This document shows, in pieces, positions 51,490 through 64,000 of a stretch of 64,000 nt of DNA; positions within the stretch are counted from its first letter, which is position 1, and every line of letters starts with the position of its first letter. The stretch lies in NCBI GenBank assembly GCA_951406725.2, contig OX597829.1:26660001-26724000 (forward strand). The letters are read 5' to 3'. Source of the DNA: Octopus vulgaris (taxonomy: Eukaryota). Below the pieces are notes generated by a model. The model saw only the letters and a list, made by a program, of their open reading frames with translations, did no database searches and was not told where the DNA came from. A program made the translations under genes and the position numbers.

Positions 51490-52999
51490 ATATATATGAG
51501 CATGTTTAGATATGCAACTATATCCATAAAGAAACATACATAAAACAAAACATACAGATTTTCACACATACATACATACATACATACATACATACATACA
51601 TACATACATACATACATACATACATACATACATACATACATACATACATACATACATACATACATACATACATACATACATACATACATACATACATACA
51701 TACATACATACATACATACATACATACATACATACATACATACATACATACATACATACATACATACATACATACATACAAGCAATCAAACAAACAAACA
51801 AACAAACAAACAAACAAAAATACCACGTTACTGATGTTGAAATTCCAATGAAGGAGCCATGAATCTAGGTTAGAAACAGACTCTTTCTCTATTGAGAAAG
51901 AGCCAGTTTCTAACTTAGATTCAAGGCTCTTCATTGGAATTTCAACATCAACAACAGGGTATTTTTGTTTGTATGTATGTATATGTGCAGATTTGTATGT
52001 GTTGTTTTATGTATGTATTCTCATGCATATAGTTGCATATCTAGACAGGCTCATATATATTTAAATGATAAACTTCAGAAAGGTTTAACAGATTTAACAG
52101 TCCAAATGTTGGTATGAGTATTGGCACTGCAAACACATACACATACAAACTCTCTTATATATATAGTTGAAATTTACTGAAAAACAAAAGACGAAAACAG
52201 GTGTGAGGGCTTCTTTCAGTTTCCATCTATCAAATCCAGTCACATGGCTTTGGTTAATCTAGGGCTATAGTAGAAGACACTTGCCCAAGGTTCCACGCAG
52301 TGGAACTGGATCCAGAACCATGTGATTGAGAAGTAAACTTCTTACTAAACAGCCATGCCTGCACCTTTTTTTCATACAATTTTAGCTAAAATCAGTAAAT
52401 ATATTCTGCAGTACAGTTAGTGGTGGATCTACCATAAAACTAATGATGCTTAAGCTTCAGGGCCCCTAATCTTGGAGGGTTTACCTCAGAAGCAACTTAA
52501 TTTTTTCATTCTGTCAATTTTTTTGTTTTTGTATTTTGCCATACAGATTGCTGTTACCAGTCTTAGTAACATCATATCATACTCCTACACAGAGTCTAGA
52601 TACACAGTGTCTAACCACGAGTTATTCACTTGCTGTTTCTGCCAGTGTGGAATAGCATAAAACATTATAGTACAAATGACTCACAGAAAATTTGCATTAC
52701 TTGAATTATTTTGGAAACTTCGGCCCTGCCCTTCCTATTGTCAAATATTTCTACTACTAACTACATCAGTATGGTAGAGATAAGAATTGTTATTTTCACA
52801 CTAATGACCAATAAAAGGGTTTGCCTCCTAATTTTGGACTTACAATCTGTTCAGTAACAAAGCATTTTTCCTACTTTAGAAATTGTTTGAATATCACCTT
52901 GTACAAAATAAACAATTCTTCATTTAAGTTGTGGACACTTATCTTGATTGATCTCTGTCTTACTGTGGCTAATGAAAATATTACCCCAATTTTTTTTCA

Positions 53000-55783
53000 T
53001 AGAGGTCTAGGTCCCAAGAGAAATACTTCAAGAAAGTCTTCAAGAAAGTACTTAAGCAGATACCAGAAATGCCAACTCAAGGAAAAGCAATCTAACGAAA
53101 CTTCTAAATGTCAAAAACTATTAAACTATTTTACAATGTCAAGTAAAAGTTTGTCATCACCTGCAACTGAAACAAGCCGTGCAAGTACCAGTGAAGATAG
53201 TGCACAAAGCATGAGTGCTCTGTTTAGCAATAATCAACATACTGTTGAGACTTTTGGTGCAGATAATAATCACAGTGGTCAAGAACTTTGAGAAAAGAGA
53301 GAACAGAAACAGGAAACAGGAAGCAAATTTAGTGATTTCAAAGAATATGGTGACCTGGCAAAATGGCCTGTAACAATTGATAATGATTTCATACAAAACT
53401 GTTTAATACAAGACATCAGGGTTTTTTTCAAAATAAAATACCAAATAATGATATACTGACTCCAACAAGATTTACAAACAGTAAAATCTAAGTTTCTCAA
53501 ACAAGTACCTTGAAAAAAAAGATTGAAAAATGGTCAGACTGTGATGAGATCCTGGTTAGTTTACTCAAAGAGCAAAGGCTGTAGATACTGTTTCGTTTGC
53601 AAGTTTTTTTCTAAGTGCCAAATATCACTCACAACGGATGGGTTTTCTAATTGGATGAAAATAATCAGAACTCTAGAAAATCATGAAGACAGCATGGAAC
53701 AAAAAAGGGCAATGTTGAGCTGGCTAAAACAAAAACCAAACAAAAACACTGTGGATCAGCAACATGAGGAGCAATTGAGAAAAAACATGCAGTACTGTTT
53801 TGAAGTTCTCAAAAGAGTTGTTGCAGTTATAAAGTCTTTAAGTGAAAGAGGTTTAGCATTTAAAGATCATGAAGAAAAGTGATGCTCCCCTAACAATGGA
53901 AATGTCTTGGGGGCCATTGAGCTTATTGTAGAGTTTGATCCAGTTTTACATGAACATTTAGAGAAATGGAAAAGTAAATATTACTTACCTATCCAAATCT
54001 GTGTCTGAAGAATTGATAGAAATCACGGGAAAACATGTGAAAGATGAAGTGCTGAATCAGATCAACAACCTGGACATCAAATACTACTTAGTTATTGTTG
54101 ACTCTACACCTGACATGACACATATTGACCAGTTGGTAATTGTGGTTCAATACTGTTATATTGGAAAACCCTGTGAGAGATTTTTAGCATTTTCGCCAAT
54201 AGAAACACATTTATCCAGGACCTTATTCAACAAAATAACAATTTCTGGGGAAGCATAAGCTTTCACTTGAAAATATCCATGACCAGTTGTAGGACAATGC
54301 TTCCAACATGAAGGGCTTGGAGAAAGGGCTGCAAGCACTTCTTAAAAATATTAACAGGTATGCATACTATGTACCATGTGTAAGCCATTCACTCAACTTT
54401 GCTTGGTAAAAGGCAGTGTCTACTGTACCTGAAGTTGTTGATTATTTTGGCAACTTGCAGTAGTTGTATATTTTCTTTCTTGAATCTCCTCAAAGATGGG
54501 AGATTTTGAACACACATGGCAATTTAGTGTTTTCTCTAAAGAGCTTAAGTGTAACTAGATGGTCTGCACACTATGAAGCAGTCTGGGCGATTAAAAATGG
54601 ATATAGAAATATCTTACAAACTCTCAAACATTCATTTGAAAACTCAGAAGAGAAGCCTGAATGTAAGCAAAATGAAAAGAATTTATACCACAAGTTGGTA
54701 AAATTGAAATATGCTGTTTTAACAGTCATTTGGGAAGAAGTTATGGAGCATTTTAACAAAACAAGAAACTCCAAACCCTTTGAAGGTTACCTTCTGCTAG
54801 CATCTTTGCTTTCATTTAACCCTTTTGTTACCATATTTCTGTTGAGATGCTCTGTGTTTAATTTCAATTAATTTTAAATATAACAAAGAATTTAGTAAAA
54901 TAACTTAGTTATCATTCAACTAGTGTTAGGAACATAAATTGTGACTAAGGTATGATGGAAGATTATAATTCAAAACTTATGAAAACAAAGACATTTGTAC
55001 TCAGAACCAGAGCCGGTTTAAGCCGGCTTGGTAACAAAAGGGTTACAGAACTATGAGAAAATTCAGCCAACAGGATTGCACACTATGAATCAGTAGCAAA
55101 AAGTTTATGTGAATATATCACCTCAGATTATTCTGATGTTTCCAAACGCATTGCTATAAAGAAATTTGTAGATGGAACAAGTGATAGGACTTCTTTGAAA
55201 GGGGTTGAAAAATTTAGGATAGAAGTTCTAAATCTAGTCTATGACTGCTTGATAATTCAGTTAAGCAAGAGAATGGACCCATATGAGTAGATAGCAAAAA
55301 GGTTCAAATTTCTCTCAGAATTAATGAACAATTCAGAATTTGATGAGAACAGCATTAAACTTATAATATCACATTACAAAGAGGATATTGACCACAAATT
55401 AATAAATGAGTGTTATCAGTTCAAAAGAGTATTTACATATTTGGAAATCCCAGAACACAGAAAAAAGCATACCATCGAAAACACAATGCACAAAAGTTCT
55501 TCAGCATATTTATGAGTAACAATTAATTAAAGTGTCCCCTAATATTAACACTGTACATAAGCTGTACTTGGCAATGCTTATCATGAACTGTGAAACAGAA
55601 AGGAGTTGCTCAAAGCTTTCCTTTGTAAAGAATAAATTTCAGTCTGCCATGACTGAAGAGCACTTAAATTCCTTATGCATATTGTCTCTAGAAAATGACA
55701 TTGCAAAGAAGCTGTCATATGACAAAACTGTTGCTACAAAACCAGAAAAAAGAGTATTTTGTAATTTTTCATATGTATCTTAA
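53000..55783 (+). pseudogene. hAT transposase remnant
   Basis: RSWLVYSKS..YCFVCKFF (TTF zinc finger), L..RGLAF, IVDSTPD..HIDQL, LKSLSVTRWS, C.TERSCSKL..KN..LNSL.ILSLE; multiple stops. Confidence 0.9.
54820..55042. mobile_element. piggyBac-like MITE nested in the hAT transposase
   Basis: TIRs CCCTTTTGTTACC / GGTAACAAAAGGG, flanked by TTAA on the left and TTAC on the right. Confidence 0.8.
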
Positions 55784-57526
55784 TGATGCATCATGCATGT
55801 ATATAACGCTTCCCTAATTTTCAACCACCATAACTCTAAAAGCCTGGAAAATATTTGTAGTGATCTGCCATGAAATAACCACATCGATAAAGATATTGTT
55901 GATTATCCACACTTCATTTCTGGTGGAAAGAGGGCTCACTTTCAGACTCATTTTTAAGGACTCCACATCACTACTCCACCGCTTGGACTATCAAGGCTTT
56001 AAGCTAGAGTTCCTTGCAATTGCATGAAAATTCTTTGACCCTTGTTGGATGTTACCCTACTGTTACCGGTTGTAAAAATGCCCCCGTAACATTTTAAGTT
56101 TCAGGGCCTCAATATTGTAGATCCACCACTAAGTACAGTATGACCATGCTTTTAACTTTGAACTATCTCTGGGAAAATCAGTTTGTAAGATTTGTATCTA
56201 AAAAAAAAGTGAGAAAAATAAGAAAGACATAGTGATTTTGAGATATTTTTGTGGTAAAAATCTCTTATTTTCCATAGGATAAAGTGATCTATGTGGTATA
56301 GAAATATTTCCTAAATATAAAATTAATTATAATCATATTTAATAATGTTCATATTTGTTTATGGTGAGCAGTTGTGTAGTCTGTTGATATGTATTTGTGA
56401 TAATTTTGATGTATATGAACATCATCATCATCATCATCATCATTGTTTAACATCCACTTTCCATGCTGGCATGGGTTGGACAGTTTGACTGAGGACTGGC
56501 AAGCCAGAAGGCTGCACCAGGCTCCAATCTGATCTGGCAAGGTTTCTACAACTGGATGCCCTTCCTAACACCAACCACTCCGAGAGTGTAGTGGGTGCTT
56601 TTTACATGCCACTGGCACAAGGGCTGGTTAGGCAGTACTGGCAGAGAGAGGGATGGGGGGAGGGAGAAAAACAACTTGTTTTAAATCTCTGACCAAGAGA
56701 AATACAGTAAAAATACTGAATAGTAATGTTTATATCCCAGCAGACTGTGGCAGTCCTATAAAAGACAATGATACAGACCTAGGTTTCTGGATGTTATATG
56801 ATATATAGTATTTCAAAGTGGAGAGAGCTTTCATCATGTAAGGCTAGAGATGGGAGTGATGACCTCCCTTGGAAATAGTTAAGTTAAGTTAATTTTTTGG
56901 CTCAAAAAGCAAAAAGCAAGGCCATGTAGGGGGATATGGAGTTATGTACAGGGAGGGTATTCATGCAAAGAGTTCAGGCTATTTCTGATCAAGAGAGACT
57001 TTGAACCGAGCGGTCGTCGGCATCTCTATGGACACAAACTTTGTGTTGATAGCTAGCTGGAAAATATGTTTTCCCAGGGCTAAAACAACAGTAACATCAT
57101 CCTTAATAGGACTGCCACATCCTGTTGACATATAAACATTACTATACATATGTGTGTGTGTGTGTGTGTGTATGTAATAATAAAAAAATTTGGACAAATA
57201 GGTATAAGTCGATTAGTGTGTTTATATGTTGAGTAAAGCCAGCCAATACTAAAAATCTTTAGCGAGGCATCTTTATCAATGTACATGAAAAAAACCCACA
57301 CTGATGGATCGAAGCATATGTTGTACCTAATAAAAGTCTAATACAAAATCCTTCTCCTATTATTAATCAATGCTATTAATTAATACTATATTGTTAATTA
57401 ATACAATTATTTAATACTGTATATGTGTGTGTATGTGTATGTGTGTGTGCATGCATGTGATGTTCTCTTTTCCCATATATGCACTTATAAACATCACATT
57501 TTGCCTGTGGTCAAAATATAGTGTGT

Positions 57527-57562
<36 letters not shown>

Positions 57563-57859
57563 TATACTTTGACTACAGCCAAAATATGATGTTTATAAGT
57601 GCATATATGGGGAAAGAGAACATTACTCAATGCCAGACTTATAATAAACAAGGGGGAAAAATCTATAAATAAATTTTTTTTTTAAATGGAAAACACAGAA
57701 AATATAAAAAACAGCAAAAACAAAACAAAAGAATCCAGACTGAAGTTTCTTTTTCCTTTGTTTTTAAATTTTTTATTAGTCACACTACTTAATGACTTTG
57801 TTATTATGAAACATCCTTGTTGGACAGCAGTTTCAAAATGGGATTGGTATAGTGGAGGG

Positions 57860-57910
<51 letters not shown>

Positions 57911-58219
57911 CACACATATACATATACATATATATACATACATATATAGTATAATGTTGTAAGCCAATAGAAAATTACAACAAAACATATAACAGACACA
58001 TGATTGAGTTAAGATTATCAGACCAACAGACATGGTGAGTAGGAACTGGCAGGGAAATACATGACCCTTTTTTTTTTTTTTTTTGAGGTTTTCGTCATAG
58101 AATGTCAGATACCAAAAATCAAGTAAATATCGGAGAAAAGTGAGTCTGGGTTTTGTCTTTTCTTTCCTCTTTTCTTTTGTCTTGTTAGTATTGTTGGTGT
58201 TTTTACTGCTGATGTAGTT

Positions 58220-58611
58220 GCTTTTACAGCTGTTGTTGTTGTTGTTGTTGCTGTTGTTGTTGTTGTTGTTGTTGTTGTTATTCTTCTTCTTCTTCTTCTT
58301 CTCTGCCTTCTTCTTCTTCTTCTCCTTCGTCTTCTTCTGCCTTCTTCTTCTTCTTCTTCTTCTTCTTCTTCTTCCTCCTCTTCTTCTTCTGCCTTCTTCT
58401 TCTTCTGCCTTCTTCTTCTTCTTCTTCTTCTTCTTCTTCTTCTTCTTCTTCTTCTTCTTCTGCCTTCTTCTTCTCTGCCTTCTTCTTCTCTGCCTTCTTC
58501 TTCTCTGCCTTCTTCTTCTCTGCCTTCTTCTTCTCTGCCTTCTTCTTCTCTGCCTTCTTCTTCTTCTTCTTCTTCTTCTTCTTCTACTTCTTCTTCTTCT
58601 TCTTCTACTTC

Positions 58612-58643
<32 letters not shown>

Positions 58644-58885
58644 CTTCTTCTTCTTCTTCTTCTTCTTCTTCTTCTTCTCCTTCTTCTTCGTCTCTGTCTT
58701 CTTCTTCTCTGCCTTCTTCTTCTTCTTCTTCTTCTTCTCCTTCTTCTTCGTCTCTGTCTTCTTCTTCTCTGCCTTCTTCTTCTCTGCCTTCTTCTTCTTC
58801 TTCTTCTTCTTCTTCTTCTTCTCTGCCTTCTTCTTCTTCTTCTTCTTCTTCTTCTTCTTCTTCTTCTTCTTCTTCTCCGCCTTCT
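58220..58885. repeat. Compound (TTG)n/(TTC)n microsatellite with higher-order TTCTCTGCC units
   Basis: Directly visible. Confidence 0.95.
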
Positions 58886-58921
58886 TGAAATATATATTTT
58901 AAACGTTGCATGCATAGATCT

Positions 58922-58998
<77 letters not shown>

Positions 58999-59346
58999 CA
59001 TATACACACACACATAAACATACACACACACACATAAATACACACATGCACAAATATTACACAAACATGCATGTTTGTATGTATGCTTGTATTTATATGT
59101 ATATGTATACATAAATACATGTGTGTATATGTATGTATTTGTCTGCATTGTTATTATTATTGTTGCTGTTTAAGTAGACCAATGATGAAAGACATTCCAG
59201 CCATGACATCCCATGTTTATCTATCACATTGTGAGGACTACATAATTCAATAATCTTGTCCCTTTTTAAGTCAGTAGAATGTAATTGAAACAAATTTGAC
59301 TGCTGCTACTAGCATGTTGAAAAACATACATACATACATACATACA

Positions 59347-59377
<31 letters not shown>

Positions 59378-59412
59378 GAACACACATGTACATACATACA
59401 TGCATGCATACA

Positions 59413-59443
<31 letters not shown>

Positions 59444-59498
59444 GAACACACATGTACATACATACATGCATGCATACATACATACATACATACATACA

Positions 59499-59529
<31 letters not shown>

Positions 59530-59612
59530 GAACACACATGTACATACATACATGCATGCATACATACATACATACATACATACATACATACATACATGCA
59601 TGCATGCATACA

Positions 59613-59649
<37 letters not shown>

Positions 59650-60270
59650 TTAATGAGAGAGACAGAAGATGGAAGATACAAGAATCTTTAATAATCACTG
59701 CAATTGTTTCAACCCTTCTAGTATTGATCCCTCTTGAGTGGAATCCTATACAACTGGTTTAGGTGTGTGTCCCTGTGTACATGCGTCCCTTCAGCAGATT
59801 TCAAGAGGTGGTATCTCATTAAAATACGCAACTGTTTCACAAGATTTCTTTTTGATCTTCGTATATATAAATAGCAAATTAAAGGATATGGCTTCATTCT
59901 TACGGAAGATCCATAACAAAGATCAGATACAAAAAAAGAAACAAATACACAATGCAACAAAAAAGTATTAGATCTAACCATTAGTAGATGTGAATGTACA
60001 AACACCCACACATACATGGTCTGGCACACGTACACTCACTCGTACAAATGCACACACACATGCGTGGTCTGGCACACTTATGCTCACAGATTTAAATAAG
60101 TATTTAGTAAAGTCAGTGCCTGTTATTGGCTAGTGATATGACACCACTTGGTGAGGAGTCACAGTTTCTGTGATGCTGTTCACTGGGTCTGACTGGTATA
60201 CTTATAGCACTTGTACAGTCATAAATAGAGGCATAAATACTGACATAGTAGATTCTTTTTTTTATTCTTT

Positions 60271-60657
60271 CTTTTACTTGTTTCAGTCATTTGAGTGCGG
60301 CCATGCTGGGGCACCGCCTTTAGTCGAGCAAATCGACCCCGGGACTTATTCTTTGTAAGCCCAGTACTTATTCTATCGGTCTCTTTTGCCAAACCGCTAA
60401 GTGACAGGGACGTAAACACACCAGCATCGGTTGTCAAGCAATGCTAGGGGGACAAACACAGACATACACACACACATATATATATATACATATATACGAC
60501 AGGCTTCTTTCAGTTTCCGTCTACCAAATCCACTCACAAGGCATTGGTCGGCCCGGAGCTATAGCAGAAGATACTTGCCCAAGGTGCCACGCAGTGGGAC
60601 TGAACCCGGAACCATGTGGCTGGTTAGCAAGCTACTTACCACACAGCCACTCCTGCG
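60271..60657 (-). mobile_element. SINE family A, full length
   Basis: Near-identical to 1081-1465. Confidence 0.9.
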
Positions 60658-60895
60658 AGATTTTCAATGAATAGCTAATGTAACAACTGATAGCCTGTAG
60701 AAAACATCAACACCAGGGTTAGGATCTCCAGTGTAGTTAGTGGTAGGTTTTTGTGCTTTCATCGCACAGTGAACGATACTTATTAAGCGACACAGGTTGA
60801 TATTTATCTCATTTTAAGTGTGGTATACAAAGGCCAAGTGGTATTCTAGTGATGGTGGTAACTTGTGTGGCATTGTGTGGTTATACATACGTACA

Positions 60896-60931
<36 letters not shown>

Positions 60932-60957
60932 TGCACATATATATATATATACATATA

Positions 60958-60990
<33 letters not shown>

Positions 60991-60994
<4 letters not shown>

Positions 60995-61381
60995 TCATCA
61001 TCATCATCATCATCATTTAACGTCCGCTTTCCATGCTAGCATGGGTTGGACGGTTCAACTGGGGTCTGGGGAGCCCGAAGGCTGCACCAGGCCAGTCAGA
61101 TCTAGCAGTGTTTCTACAGCTGGATGCCCTTCCTAACGCCAACCACTCCGAGAGTGTAGTGGGTGATTTTATGTGCCACCGACACAGGTGATAGACGAGG
61201 CTGGCGAACGGCCACGCTCGTATGGTGTTTTTTATGTGCCATCGACACAGGTGCCAGATGAGGCTGGCAAACGGCCACAATCGGATGGTGTTTGTTACGT
61301 GCCCACAGCACTGAGGCCAGTCGATGCGGTACTGGCTACGGCCATGTTCGGATGGTTTTCTTGTGTGCCACCGGCACTGGT

Positions 61382-61385
<4 letters not shown>
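60991..61385 (-). mobile_element. SINE/LINE-tail family D with a (GAT)n tail
   Basis: tttaacgtccgctttccatgctagcatgggttggac..ggatgcccttcctaacgccaaccac; homologue at about 56420-56640. Confidence 0.7.
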
Positions 61386-61439
<54 letters not shown>

Positions 61440-61450
61440 TACATATATGC

Positions 61451-61483
<33 letters not shown>

Positions 61484-61699
61484 TGTATTATGTGACTGCG
61501 TGCGTAACGTTGATGATTTTCTTTCTCCATCTTCCCTTCCTTGGATCTTTCCTTTTTCTATGTTTCTGACAAAGAGCTCCGCTCCAAACATTAAATCCTC
61601 CTTCTTTGTTTCCTTGCACCCAATAACACTATACTTGTTCCACATCCTCACGTTGCTGTGTTTTCTCTTTGTTCATGATTGGATTAACTATATATATAT

Positions 61700-61745
<46 letters not shown>

Positions 61746-62033
61746 GCACACATTCATATACATATACATATACATATACATATATATACACACACACACA
61801 CACACACATATATATAAACACACATATACAGATGTAACAACTTGAGATCATTCTTTCCAATTTGTAGCAACTCTCCCCCTCTCTCCCTCTCTTTTTCTCT
61901 CTCTCTCTATCTCTCTCTTCCATGGGTTCCATTCACTCGAAGCCCTTGGCACTTACTTATGCAAGTGTATTATTATTGTAATAAATATATATATTTTGTT
62001 TTTAAAAATGTGTATTTGTTTTTAGTTTAAATA

Positions 62034-62907
62034 ATGGAAACTAATGCAGACAGAGATGAATTTCAACCTCCAGTTGAGCATGAAGATAGAAAAACTTCAA
62101 TGGAAAGGAATCGTTTGACCATCATGGATAAGAGACAAGAAGAAATTGATTCTCTTGAACAAAGTAAGGTTACTCATCCCGGTAGATACCTGCCAGGTCA
62201 TGGTGGGAGTAATTTAATGGAAGGTGCTCAGAGTGATAAACTTATTGGAAATCAACCAGATTTAGCTGAGACTATACCAAATGAGAATGTTGAAGTTGAC
62301 AGTAGGATTCTAAGCTGCCAATATATGCCAAATAGAAATGACAGAAATCTCAGAGAACACAATCTGTCAGAAATATTAGGGCCACTGGAAAATCACTCAC
62401 AATATACCAAAAATTTCAATAATTACAAAATATGTCGTTCCATAGCACCTGGAGTGGAAGAATGCCTAATTCTTGAAACAGGAGAACATGTTAAATGGGA
62501 CAAAAATAAAAAATTATGTAAAGCAAGAGAGAAAATTGATGAAGATTTACCAAAGAGCTCTCACTTAAAAGATTACCAAAATAAAAATCCTGTTGAAGCA
62601 ACCCATTGTTCAGTTGACATCAAAACAAATGAAGACTCTTGGTCTTTCGTACCTTTGCATTATACACAAACATATTTGAAAGCAAATTCCCAAAGTGTTG
62701 AAATATCAGGAGATATTTCCTCATGTCAAAATAAAAGTGATATTCCTTCCAATGAATCGATTGGAATCAACCAACCAAAGAAAATCTTTAAAATCATAAA
62801 AGATTACACAGATGATTATGCAAAAGATTCTAGTCAGAAAGAATCTAAAAACGTCTATCATTTTTTTGGAGAAAAAACACTTGGTGCCATACCAAAAGAT
62901 GTTAAAG
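62034..62907 (+). CDS. Probable first coding exon of an unidentified host gene (hydrophilic, probably disordered N-terminus)
   Basis: Non-repetitive 323-codon ORF; polypyrimidine acceptor tttgtttttag ends at 62025, ATG at 62034, donor AAAG|gtaagc at 62907/62908. Confidence 0.7.
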
Positions 62908-63234
62908 GTAAGCAACAATGTGTATACTTCTTTTCATTTTTTTTTTTATTATGGTCTGCATTTCATGAAGGCACTTGGACTAGCGACTGTGAGTTCAACT
63001 ACTGAGCCAGTATGTTATGTTGTTTTATTGAGCAAGGCGTATTATTACATGTTTCTTTTGTATACTCATCTGAAAATGAGTACCAACTAAATACAGGTGT
63101 AGCCCTCTTTCCCTTCGGCTGTTTCTTTGATCATATTTTATTGAGTAATGAGTGGGAGGTCCAAGCAAGCCTCCATGTTCCCTTGCAAATACATAAAAAA
63201 AAAACCTGCCACTCTGACAGTTACAATGAGCGTT

Positions 63235-63500
63235 CCAGTTGATTTGCTCGACTGCTTGTGAAATTAATATGCAAGTAGTCGAGCACTCCACAGACGTTTA
63301 ATGTAGTTCTCAGGGAGATTCAGCATGACACAATGTGATAAAGCTGGCCATCTGAATTACAGGTACAACTCATTTTTGAGTGAACTGGAGCAATGTGATA
63401 TAAAGTGTCTTGCTCAAGGACATAACACATCACCAGATATCAAACTCCCAACCTTATGATCATGAGCTGAATCCCCTATCCACTAAGTCATGCACCTTCA
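63235..63500 (-). mobile_element. Diverged tRNA-SINE sharing the family C core
   Basis: gagtgaactggagcaatgtg..aaagtgtcttgctcaagga core with a tRNA-like right end. Confidence 0.65.
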
Positions 63501-63711
63501 CCATAACTACATAAGCACCTACATAAAGCAGTAAGCTACAGTATGGTGTCTACTATCTGGTCATGCTTACTTCTGAGTGATAATTATGGAAGGTTTTTTT
63601 CCCCTTTTTAATTTTGGCTTAGTTAAAGAAGAAAGAGCAGCATCCATGATATTTTCACAGATTTTTCTGAGAGAGCTAGGGTGAGAGGAGAAAAAAAACA
63701 GAGAGATAGTC

Positions 63712-63950
63712 TGAAGGTGGTGAGCTGGCAGAAACGTTAGCATGCCGGGCAAAATGCTTAGCGGTATTTCGGCTGCTGTTATGTTCTGAGTTCAAATTCT
63801 GCCAAGGTCGACTTTGCCTTTCATCCTTTCGGGGTCGATAAATTAAGTACTAGTTATGCACTGGGGTCGATGTAATCGACTTAATCCCTTTGTCTGTCCT
63901 TGTTTGTCCCCTCTATGTTTAGCCCCTTGTGGTCAATAAAGAGATAAGAA
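63712..63950 (+). mobile_element. SINE family B
   Basis: Reverse complement of 17063-17290. Confidence 0.85.
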
Positions 63951-64000
63951 ACCAAAGATATAGTCTGAATACTTGCAAATTAGTGAACTCTAGCATTTAA

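Larger units (their letters stand above)
52418..56131 (+). mobile_element. Full-length degenerate hAT DNA transposon (ZMYM1/Tip100-like transposase)
   Basis: Perfect 15-bp TIRs TAGTGGTGGATCTAC / GTAGATCCACCACTA and perfect 8-bp TSD AGTACAGT (52410-52417, 56132-56139). Confidence 0.93.

Noticed and set aside
57833-59148. Poly-R/E/L ORFs of 298-360 aa
   Set aside because: Artefacts of (TTC)n and (TC)n tracts with no unique coding context.

Overview
Repeat-dominated, AT-rich animal genomic DNA. The SINE families and the (TA)n/(CA)n/(AAT)n/(CATA)n load look like an octopus or other coleoid cephalopod (inference, not verified). Most ORFs in the track are microsatellite artefacts. Supported content: a near-full-length but disrupted HERO-like RLE non-LTR retrotransposon (38018-~41645, minus) with a second copy of its 3' end directly upstream; a Mag-type Gypsy LTR element lacking RT/RNase H and carrying two non-autonomous Helitrons; a complete degenerate hAT transposon with TIRs, 8-bp TSD and a nested piggyBac-like MITE; several Penelope-like elements and termini with minimal hammerhead ribozyme motifs; hAT MITEs; four SINE-like families; many fold-back inverted repeats; and one probable host coding exon (62026-62907). 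Two observations stand out, both in the HERO-like element. Its 3' UTR holds all hammerhead core elements (GUC, GAAA, CUGAUGA, with complementary stems) in a non-canonical, pseudoknotted strand order. Its 5' UTR holds five tandem hairpins with an identical GAAAGA loop and different stem sequences. Ribozyme activity and function are inferences and untested.
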